From NCBI GenBank assembly GCA_002269645.1, contig NIVC01000056.1:1173370-1237369 (forward strand): a DNA stretch of 64,000 nt. The letters run 5' to 3'. Numbering within the stretch: the first letter of the stretch is position 1; the number at the start of each line of letters is the position of its first letter. The notes under the pieces were generated by a model. It ran no database searches, was not told where the DNA came from, and was given only the letters and a program-made list of their open reading frames with translations. Shown in pieces: positions 1 through 11,000 of the stretch. This stretch comes from Macrostomum lignano (Eukaryota). The position numbers and the translations under genes were made by a program.

Positions 1-3000
1 ATTAGATACTATTTTTAAATAAATTTTCTTTTTACATTAAACAAAGTTTATATAAAAAAAGGAAATTCGCTACAAAGAACATAGTGAGTATCAAAAACTT
101 TTTCTTCACATTTCAAGAAACAAATAAACTAAAAGTCTACAAGAGTCACAAAATAAGAGCGTTTAAAAGTTAGGCCTATTGGATATTTTAATTTTAATGT
201 AGGCTGTAGAGTGTAGGCCTGGCTGTAGGCTAGGCTGTAGCCTCAACTAGTTGGTTTAATCAATATTCAAATTCAATTGTTCACGTTTAACTTTATATAT
301 TGTATAAATATAGTGTATACATCTATATCTGACTTGTTGATATACTGTCAGTTTGTAATTGCACGCCAAGGTTATACGCCAAATAAAAAACTTGTACGCT
401 GAAAATTTAGGCGTGGCTTGAGACCCCTATTTGCACGCCAACTTTGCACGCCAAAATTTTATCGTGGCTTATGCACTCGGGAAAATTCCCGCATGCAGGC
501 CATCTTCCTGAGTATGGGATACTAAGCCTAGGCTACTGCCACTACTATTCAGTTTGGCAACAAGACATTTTGGTAACAAGATGTTTCAGCAAAAATTTTA
601 GGCTATTTTGGCAAATCCTATCTAGATATGGTTATAACTAATTTATAGACTTCAACTTGGACTTGGACTATCTTGAACTAGGCCTAATGTATTTTTGGTA
701 TTTTCTAATTTATAGACTCGGACTACCTATTTATAGACTAGGCCTAGCCTATGATAAAACTTGAAATTTAACATGTTAAAATCAATAAAAAATCCTAAAT
801 TGGATATTGGTCCTATATCTAATATAATATAGGATATTGGATATAAGTAGGGCCTATGATAGATAAGATAGGTAATGTTATTCATTGTCATTAATCAATA
901 TATAAACCCTATTGGAATAAGTTTCAAAAACCCACAGACATGTAACATGGGTGCCAAAATTATGCCCTCAAAAGCATGACGTGACACCAAATTTTGTTGA
1001 CTGAGGGGTGGCGTCCGTGGCGACGCATGACACAACATTGATGTCTATTGACTAAATGATTGGGGGGGGAGGACGCCACAGTAGCCACATTGCAATTGAC
1101 AATTCCTTTGCCATTCACTCCCAACACCGAGACCATGGGGCAAGGGACAAGAGTATTCTGAGGTAGGGGTGGAGAAAGAAAAATAAGAGGGTGGGGGATT
1201 TGGCAATAAATTTATTTTAGCTAGTTTGCACACAAAAGAGAGCATTGCTGGTTTGCTAACACCAATAAGGTGGGGCAGTTTTACTTTGAACTGCCGCTGA
1301 CATTGAATTCGCATGAATTAAATCCGGAAATATTGCACAGACAAATCGCAATGGAATCTTCCTCCTGTTTAACTCCAATTGCCAGGGTCCTCAAATTCCA
1401 GGGGGAGGGTAGTCTTAGTCATAGGCAAGTGGTCTTTGTTAAGCGCGAGCATTCAGTGCAAGTTCTCAGACACCATAATTAATGTTCTCTGAATGCTAGA
1501 CTAATTACTGTCGATAGAGTAGCGCTGCCACCACTGTAATTTACGTATTATGGAACATAGAAGTCTTAGAGCTTTCTTTGAGATAAGACTGGGTTATTTT
1601 ATGCCCCACGGGCAAATGACTCAAGATAAGCTATGGTCTTAAACAAGCAAGGAGTAATAAGTTAAATTAGTTTATTAATGAAAGTAGGATAAGTTATAGA
1701 TAATTTTTACTAATGTGACAAATTTTACAAGACGCAAGGCGGTGCTGCAAGGCAACTATAAATTAGATACTATTAGTTGTTAATTAACTTGCAAGTAATT
1801 GGGTAACCAAGTATTAAGGTATGAGAAGTTAACGGTTCAAGGTAAAGGAGGAATAGCAACAAACAAAAGAACAAACATCAAACTATTTCGACAGTGCTCA
1901 CATTGAGCTATAAATACTATAGAACAGTCTATACAGTGGCATATAACAAACATAAAAAGGGATAAACGTTAATTGAAATGGACATTGCAGACATAATTAC
2001 GACCAAACGAAAATTAAGATGGAGATGATAGGCAAAATTAACAATGAACAAATAAAGGGGCACAAAGGCCAGAACTGGGGGCGGGAGATGATAGGAGGGT
2101 GACATTAGGGCAGCAACCTAAGGTGGACATAGGAGGGCCAAACCTGGGACAAATGACAAATTAACAACCAAAAACAGGACAAAATTCAAACAGTTCAGTG
2201 GGAGGCACCCACCTACCACAATTCCTTTCAATTTCGCAGAAAAAGAAATAAAATTTAAAAACAATAAACAGTAAAACAACAAGGTACAACACTTAGAAAA
2301 ATAGTGCACGCATTGTAACTAACAAGTAACATTTCTAAAAATTATATTTGAAGTATTAGTTACTTTACCATTAAAATAAAAAAAATTCAAGAACTAATTA
2401 TTATCAAACATGTTTGAAACATTTAAATACTGAGAAACAACCGTGAACATATTACAATGAAACACAGTTGGCGAGGTTTTGGCTACAGATCCAGGCTGCA
2501 ACGTGACACATGATAACACTAGCCGCCAAGTTGCCACTGTCGCGTCACGCGACGTGACATACCACTTGACACCACTGTTGCGTGACGTGACACCAGGAGA
2601 ATCCAAAAATGTGATGGACAGTCATCCGCGTTTTGTCAACTTATTCCAATAGGGTATATAGACATAGTATAAGCCTAGATTGTACATAGGCCCTCTATAA
2701 GTAATATGTCTAAATAGATTAATAGAGTCATAGAAACTATATAATAATCCCATGGCTATAAGCCTAGGCCCCTATTGATATATTAAGCCTAGTCTGATCT
2801 AGGTATGTTAATAGCAAAAATATATAATATATATTTAATAATAATAAAAACTGTATTAATAATTAAAAAACTAAGACAAGGCCTAAAAGTAAGACAAGAA
2901 CAAATTAAACAATATTTATCAATGTCAACTTTTCTTTTAAAAGCCTATATAGCTAGGCAGCTATCCTGTGTTATAGTTTTGCTCATTAATTTTTTTTGTT

Positions 3001-3334
3001 AAAAATAATAATTGTTGAGCCATAGTCCAGATTATATTGGTTACACATCTAAACAAAAATTGAATAAATGCAAATGTATGCCAGAAAAAAATTGAGTTCA
3101 TATCCATTCTCATAACTATGCTAGTGTTGCAATAATAAATGACCTTCTTTACATTGTGAAAATAAATTACTTTTTAAAATTGCATAATGGTTAATTTTTA
3201 TGCTTTTTTGATGATACTATTCATAGTAAAAAATAAATACATGTAAAGATTTGTTTAACTGTTTTTTACAAGCTTAAAAAACCCTAAAAGCTTAAAATTT
3301 ATGCTTAAAAATGAACATAAACATTAACAATATA

Positions 3335-4090
3335 CTTCTTTCTACTTTACAATAACTCTTGCATAATTCTATGAAATGCACACCAGGTATGCATGCATAC
3401 TATTTTCTTAAGAGTGATGCATGACAATTGTGCATGCCTACATGGATTTATAACTCGTACTTTTGGTGTGCAAGGCCAATGCATGCCTAAATTTTTAGGT
3501 CTAGGGGTAAAGGGTAAAGGGATAAAGGGTAATAAGGAATCAACTATTTAGTTCTGTTAGTCTACAATGAATAATAATGTGACACCTAATAGAAGTTCCC
3601 AAAGGTCTTGTTTGGAAAAGGGCACCAGTGAAAGTAGGGCCTAACTCTTGTAGGTATAACTTTGGTATAGAAAATGATAATAGAATGGTTGTAATATACA
3701 CATTTAAACAAAAGTGGGTACTTAATAATATGTTACATTTGTTCCTTATTCTTTATTCTACTATTTCTTAAGCTTAAAGTTGCTTAAAAGTTTATTATTT
3801 TTAACAAAAATAATTTAACATGCAAAACTATAAGATAGTCAGCTAGGCCTAGGCCTATAATAAAGTTCTAACTAACTAATGGTAAACCACACTCCAGATC
3901 AATGAGATCATGTGATATATATTAAAAAAATTAGGCATGCATTAGCCTTGCATGCCAAAAGCTAGGTATACACAATTGGCATGCATTACTTCTAAGAAAA
4001 ATAATATATATGCATACAGTATACCTAGTGTGCACTTTATGAAATCATGCTAAAGAGTTAATTTTAAGTAGAAAAAAGATTAAAAACTTC
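3335..4090. repeat. Degenerate long inverted repeat (foldback/MITE relic); arms ~3335-3497 and ~3925-4090
   Basis: Left arm taactcttgcataattctatgaaatgcacaccaggtat...gcaaggccaatgcatgcctaaattttt aligns to the reverse complement of aaaaaattaggcatgcattagccttgcatg...atacctagtgtgcactttatgaaatcatgctaaagagtta, with substitutions and indels. Boundaries approximate. Confidence 0.6.
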
Positions 4091-5077
4091 CAGTTTTCCA
4101 GTTTTTTAATCTTATAATAAGGCATTAAAACTAATGTTTGTACATATTGATTTCTGCTATAAATAATATAGGCAAAAAAGAAAAATAATGAACCAAATTA
4201 TCAGTCAAAAAGGTCCTTTACACAATGCAAAAAAGGTCATTTTGTTGTAATGCGAAAAATCATTTTTTGTCATAATACCAATGTAGATTTGAGTGTAGAC
4301 ATGCACTAATTTTTTTGATATGCATTTATAACTATTAAATTTTTGTTTTAGTATGTACCTAGCATGATCCAGACTATAGATCATAAATGACCAAGTTAAA
4401 GCATTTTTAAAAAAGTAATTATTATAAATTTTATACAAAGTATTATGTACTAGTTTGTAGTAGCTGCATTGTAGTAGCTACAAATAAATGTAGGCCTGTA
4501 CATTGCAAAGTTTTTTTATAATGTAAGATAGATTAGAATTTGATATTACATTAGATTATTATACTTGAAATCATATTTATGAATATATTAAAATTCATGC
4601 CAAAAGTTAAAGCCAAATATAATGCATAATAAACCAAATATATCTTGTATGCCAATACACTCTGGTATAAATCAATGATCTTCTAGAGTGTGGTTAGGTA
4701 ATTTACCATAGTTGGATTAGAAAGGTAATATAGATATGTTAGAATAATTATGTAGTTGAGGATATCTATGCATTCTTTATGTATGTATTATGTGCTATCA
4801 TACATGCCTAATACCTGTCTGACCCATCTGAACTAGACAGGTAAAATGGCTGCCGGCCAAGGTAAGTTGCATAATAGAAAAATTTGGGGAAGAAAAAAAG
4901 AAGACAAAAATAAAAGGAAAAGAAAGGAAGAAAAAAGAGGAATATGAAAGAGGAAAGAGAAAAAGAAAGAAGAAAAAAAGCAAGAAAAGTCATATACAAA
5001 GTTAAAATTAAGTCGTAATTGGGGATTCTAAGTTGCAATTAAGAGAAACTAAGGTAAAGTTGTTCGCTTTAACAACC

Positions 5078-5188
5078 ATGCAAATAAAAAAGTAATTATC
5101 AACATTTTGTAATTTGTAACATTTAAATTTGTAACACATCGCAATGTTACAAATTGCAAAATGTTGATAATTACTTTTTTATTTGCAT
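5078..5188. repeat. Near-perfect hairpin: 46-bp arms, 1 mismatch, 19-nt spacer
   Basis: atgcaaataaaaaagtaattatcaacattttgtaatttgtaacatt (5078-5123) vs aatgttacaaattgcaaaatgttgataattacttttttatttgcat (5143-5188). Confidence 0.9.
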
Positions 5189-5300
5189 AAGAGGAACTAA
5201 GTCACACCAGATGGGTGAAATTTTGAGGTTGGGCCTGTATGTGTTCTATTTGTAGCTAGGCTTAGTTATAAATTGATTATATTTGTCTCTATTTGGTTAT

Positions 5301-5388
5301 ATTTTTGAGCCAAAAATGTATAAGCTAATTGCCAAGAAGACTTATTACCTTTATATTGAAATTTTATATTTTTAAGGGATATATTCAT
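5301..5388 (+). repeat. ~88-bp direct repeat, copy 1 (abuts the viral fossil)
   Basis: atttttgagccaaaaatgtataagctaattgccaagaagacttattacctttatattgaaattttatatttttaagggat recurs with few substitutions at 6862-6949. Confidence 0.85.
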
Positions 5389-5389
5389 C

Positions 5390-6720
5390 GTAGCAGAAAG
5401 CAGAGTTAGGGCAGTGTTGGTAGCCCTCCAAGCTTCCTAGTTGTGAGCAGACTGGCAGCCAGTTGGTTGGCAGTTAACCTGTTAGTATAGGTATCAAGCT
5501 CCTGGCTTTCAAGCATGCAGCTGAGTAGATAGGCAAGCGCAAGATGCAGGTCAACACTGGCCACTTGCAGTGTACCTGAGTAAATGCTTGATATCTTGTT
5601 GGTCATGGTAACAAGTCTGTCCCTAGGTGCGAGGCCTTATTCAGGCCCTGGGAGACATCAAATCCATAGAGGTGATAGCCCTTGGAATACTCGTTGAGCA
5701 CCAAGGAGCTCCATATCTCCTTGGGCTTCACCTCCATTCCCATGATAGTTGCTTCTTGCACCAGCTGGCAGAGGGCAGATAAACCCTGCCACAAAGTTGG
5801 CTGTGCTCTCTTAGGTGTCCCTGTAGGCCTCTAGGATTATTAGGACAATCACCTGGTTGTTGCCTTGACCAAGCACTGGTTCTGTGGTTGAATGCTGCCC
5901 ACAAGATAAGTGGTTATCAATGTCCAACCTTTTTGTCTCATCCCCTCAAACCACTGCTGACAAAGATGATTAGCAGTCTTACTCTGACATGGTAGTGCCC
6001 CTGGCTGGTCTGAGGCTGGTGGTGGACAAAATATATCCTGGAACAAGAACAATAAGTCAGGAGAAAACAAGAGAGTATAATAATACAAAAAGTAGAGGCC
6101 AAAAAGCTGGTCAAATTCTTGGAATTTTGGCCTACATAGCACATAATGCATAGTGGATCACCAAGTGCAGAAATCAACACTGATGAAGATATGTGATATC
6201 TTCTTAAAGTGCTAGAATGGTAATGTGATCTTGATCAATGTTTGGAGCAATTCTTTTTCACTCATTGTCATGCTTTGCCCCTTGATATATTATATAGGAA
6301 GATCCTAAGGCAATGTTAGCCTTAGTTTGCTATCTAAAAAGCTTGCATTTTGTAAGGTAGCTTTATGAAAATGCACACATTGTCTTTCTTGAATTCCCAC
6401 TTTTTTGGGCATGCCTTATTGCACCTTGCAGTGAGCCATGATAGTCTCGTTGGCCTGGAAGAAATCTATTACCTCCTTGACAGATAGTGGGTTCCCCCTC
6501 AAAAAGGCGAAGAGAAGCCTCTTCTCAATCTATGATGGCTAGGTGCTCCTTCTTGAGCCTTCTTTGGTCAGTCATAACCCTCTTAATATAGTCTATCTTG
6601 TTTTGCAATGAAGGTGATACAAGATCTCCAAAGCTTGTTTCTCCAAAACACAGACATCCCAGGTAGATACCTGTGGGCTTGTGATAGGTCAAACAAGTCA
6701 GAGTAATTGTATTCTATAAA
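5390..6720 (-). pseudogene. Endogenous viral element: decayed fragment of the L protein (RdRp domain) of a non-segmented negative-strand RNA virus (Mononegavirales/Jingchuvirales-like)
   Basis: Manual minus-strand translation across frameshifts/stops gives L-protein motifs in the correct order: EKRLLFAFL (~6500-6526), PKKWEFKK (KERELK-like pre-motif A, ~6385-6409), IKGQSMTMSEKELLQTL (~6236-6287), ISVDFCTW*STM (motif A, DxxKW-like, ~6150-6185), FQEFDQLFGL, FEGMRQKGWTLIT (motif B, ~5910-5950), VLGQGNNQVI (motif C, GQGDNQ with D>N, ~5847-5876), GMEVKPKEIWSS..NEYSKGY (motif D region, ~5680-5740), LLTTRKLGGLP (~5419-5450). GC is visibly higher than the flanks. Confidence 0.88.
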
Positions 6721-6861
6721 ACTAGTAAACAACAATATGAGGAGTAAGCAATGTATATAGGCGAGTATATTGTTAGTTTATAATCTCATAGCACATAATA
6801 CAATATACTATATACCATATAACTTTATATCAATATAGTATCTTATATTATATGCGATAAC

Positions 6862-6949
6862 ATTTTTGAGCCAAAAATGTATAGGCTAATTTCCAAGAAG
6901 ACTTATTACCTTTGTATTGAAATTTAATATTTTTAAGGGATTCATTCAT
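6862..6949 (+). repeat. ~88-bp direct repeat, copy 2
   Basis: Matches 5301-5388. Confidence 0.85.
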
Positions 6950-8076
6950 TTTGTTTGCTATTAGTTTGTTGGCTAATATACAAAATAACTTTTTAGTAGT
7001 ATCTATAATTATTAACTTTGGAATTAACTAATCTAATAAGTTAGTATTTTATTATTAATATTATTTGGTAGATTGCCATCCCTGATATTAATTAGTAGTA
7101 AGAAAAGCAACTTGATCATTATTTGCTATATCGAAGGCACTAGTGTACATGTATATATATACAATTTATAACAGAAATATAATAAAAAATTATTTGTATC
7201 ATTATATAACTAATGTATTTTCAAAAATATATATTTTGAAAATTGTATATGGGTCTTAAAAATACTTTCAGACAATACTTTTGAAAATGTTGTATTGCTC
7301 ACTATTCACATTCATCTTAACAAAAGTAGTATTAATTTTTTAATTTTACCATACATTTTTTCTTTTCTATTTTCTAATTGCACTAAACAACCTGCATTGA
7401 ACACTACACAGCCTATGTTATGTTACAATATTGTGCTATGCCATATGTGCCAATATATTAACTTTAGAAAGCTTCTGTCCATTGGAATTTTTATTAGACA
7501 AAAAGACTTCATTCTAAGTGTAGAGTGTGCACTACGACTATATACCAAATGCAGTAGGGACCCTTTGTGTATACCAGAATTTTGTTTGGCAAAGGCGATT
7601 TTCATTTTAGCTATAAGTTTTATATTGCTATACAATGCAATACGAGTTCTGCAATACAAGTACAATGCAATACAACAGGAAGTGAAACATAGCTACTGAC
7701 TGATACTACTTAATAGTAGTATTAAAGTAATACTCGCTCTGAAATTTCTTTGTTTTGTTGAATCTTTAAAATTCTTAATTTTGAGCAACTCGTGCTAAAA
7801 TTAGTCCAGTTAAGGTCTAGACAATTTTTTCTGCAATGTGAAATGCATTAATTATTAATGTAGGCATATAAAATGTCTCCATTTCTTATAAATTTCTTTA
7901 GAGTGTCTTATCAAAATATTTTGAGCATGGCACCTTCAACATTATCCCACGATTTAAGTTTCACAGGAAGGAAATTGGCAGACTAGTTTTACCAAGAAAA
8001 TCTCAATAGACTTCAATTCCAGCATTCAACTTTCCTATCTTAACTTCTGCTGATAGAATAACTTCTGCAGACAGTT

Positions 8077-11000
8077 ATGTCTCACTTCCTGTCAAAGCAG
8101 GCGGTGGAGTCAAGCGATGAAGACAGCAGCAGCGATAGTCTGAGCAGCAGCAGCAGTATTAGTGGCCGGGGCGGCGGTGGAGCTGAGGAAGCCAGCGACA
8201 AGCCCGACCAGTCTCCAGTGCCTTCAAAGAAGCGCAAACTCGATCCGAAGTCCTCGTCAAAGCCGCAGAAGAAATCGCCTGAGCAGCACAAGAAAAAGAA
8301 GAAGAAAGATAAAAAGCAATTGGCCAAGAAAGACAAACAAAAGAAGAAGACTAATAAAGCCGCTATAGCGAGTGACAGCGATGGCGAAGACGGTGATGCG
8401 AACAACGATGTCGACAGCGAGGACAGCGAAGATGACGATGACAGCGAAGATGACGTTGAGGAGCTGCGCAAAGTGCAGCAGGGTTTCATAGTCGATAGCG
8501 AAGAGGACGAAGACAATGATAATGGGGAAAATGAAAGCGGCGGCGGCGGCGGCGGAGGCAAAGCTGTTACCGAGAAGCGCGGAGCTGGCGGCGGCGAAGG
8601 GGGCCACGGCGAAGGCGGCTTGAGCTCCGGCTCGGACTCTGAGCTGTCTGAAGATCTCGACGAAGAGGACCACGCCCTGATCGAGGAGAACACCGGCATC
8701 CGGCGTCGAGCTAAAAAACCAAAACGCGTAGTCGGCGTGGTTGATTCGGACGAAGACTCCGACGCTCGAAGCGGCGACTCCGGCGCAGCGACGGCGCCAA
8801 CCGGTGGGGCCAGCGCCGCTGCCGGCGCCGACGAAGCCATCCGGCGGGACATCTTCGGCGAGGACGACGACGACGACGAGGATGTTGATGGCAACGACCG
8901 CTCCGCGCTGCCTGCGAGCGCCGCCGCCTCCGCTGCTCTGCTGACTCGGCGGCCGGGTGAGTGGCAGAGACTGACAGGCACTGGGGCAGACAGACACTGA
9001 GACTGACAGTCACTGGGGCAGACAGACACTGAGACTGACAGGCACTGGGGCAGACAGACACTGAGACTGACAGTCACTGGGGCAGACAGACACTGAGACT
9101 GACAGGCACTGGGGCAGACAAACACTGAGACTGACAGGCACTGGGGCAGACAGACACTGAGACAGACAGACACTGGGGCAGACAGACACTGAGACAGACA
9201 GACACTGAGACAGACAGACACTGGGGGCTGGGGCAGACAGACACTGGGGCAGACAGACACTGGGGCAGACAGACACTGGGGCAGACAGACACTGGGGCAG
9301 ACAGACACTGGGGCAGACAGACACTGAGACAGACAGACACTGGGGGCTGGGGCAGACAGACACTGGGGCAGACAGGCACTGGGGCAGACAGACACTGGGG
9401 CAGACAGACACTGGGGCAGACAGGCACTGGGGCAGACAGACACTGGGGCAGACAGGCACTGGGGCAGACAGGCACTGGGGCAGACAGACACTGGGGCAGA
9501 CAGACACTGGGGCAGACAGACACTGGGGCAGACGGGCACTGGGGCAGACAGACACTGGGGCAGACAGGCACTGGGGCAGACAGGCACTGGGGCAGACAGG
9601 CACTGGGGCAGACAGGCACTGGGGCAGACGGGCACTGGGGCAGACAGACACTGGGGCAGACAGGCACTGGGGCAGACAGGCACTGGGGCAGACAGGCACT
9701 GGGGCAGACAGACACTGGGGCAGACAGGCACTGAGACAGACAGGCAATGGGGCAGACAAACGCAAGGGCGCAGGCAGTCACGTGACCAAACCAGTAATTA
9801 CGTCTATTGACATTGTCAGGTCACAGCGACGACGACGATGAAGAGGACGACGATGACGACGACGACGGCATGGCGCATTTTATTGTCGACGAGACTCGAG
9901 AAGGCGCGGCTGCCGGCGGCCCGTCGACATCGTCTGCCGGCCAGCGGCGTCCCGGCGGCGGCGGCGGCAGTCGGGCGCTCCGACACGCGCAGGAAATTTT
10001 CGGCGTCGATTTCGACCGGGACGAATTTAAACAGTACGGAGAGGACAGCGCCGACGAGGACGAAGATGAAGACGAAGATGATGATGAAGAGGAAGACCTC
10101 GATGACGAGGAAGCTGAGGATGAGGAAGGTGCCGTTGCCAGGCGGAAGCGTCGGAAAGCCGCGGCCTCGCTGGCCGCACGCGCCGGTCCACGCGCCGCTG
10201 AAGAAGTTTTCGACCCCTCCGAATTGGAACGATTCCATCTGACTAAGGAGGACGCCGAGATTCGAGCCACGGACCTGCCAGAGAGATTTCAAACAATGCG
10301 GCAGGTGGCAGTGAAACAGGCAGCTGACAATGACGAATTGCAGGAGGAAGCCGAATGGATTTACAATAACTGCTTTAGCAGCAGGACTATCACTAATCAG
10401 GTTTGGATTTGGGGCGCGTTTGCCGATATGTTGAGTTAATCAGCGTTTGGTTTTTCATTTATTTGCCATGAGCCAGTGGCAACCAGTGATAACTCTCTCT
10501 GGGCAATTCCCTATGACCCACTCTTATCTATCTGAGCGATTCCCTATGACCCACTCTTATCCATCTGAGCGATTCCCTATGACCCATTCTTATCTATCTG
10601 AGCGATTCCCTATGACCCATTCTTATCTATCTGAGCAATTCCCTATGACCCACTCTTATCTATCTGAGCAATTCCCTATGACATATTCTTATCTATCTGA
10701 GCGATTCCCTATGACCAATTCAGATGCAGTTCAAGTTACGCACTTAAAATTACTATAAAAAGCGCGATTGCCGATATGTATCGTAAAAAAACTTTCCTTA
10801 TGACTGCTAAATCGAAAAAAATCCCCAGCTAATACCCGGTGACGAAGCTTACGAGCACGGACTTAGCCGACGCCGCGGCGAAACTGTCGCCAAAATCTTC
10901 GCCGCCCTCGCCCTGATGCGCAACAAACTTTACGAAGTTCCCTTCATTGCCTTCTACCGGAAAGAGTTCGTAGAAAAAGAGCTGAACCTCACCGACCTGT

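Noticed and set aside
5406-6180. Non-LTR retrotransposon RT as the source of the LGGLP / LGDPL fragments
   Set aside because: No YADD/QGxxLS RT motifs; the ordered QKGWT and GQGxNQ motifs fit a viral L protein much better.
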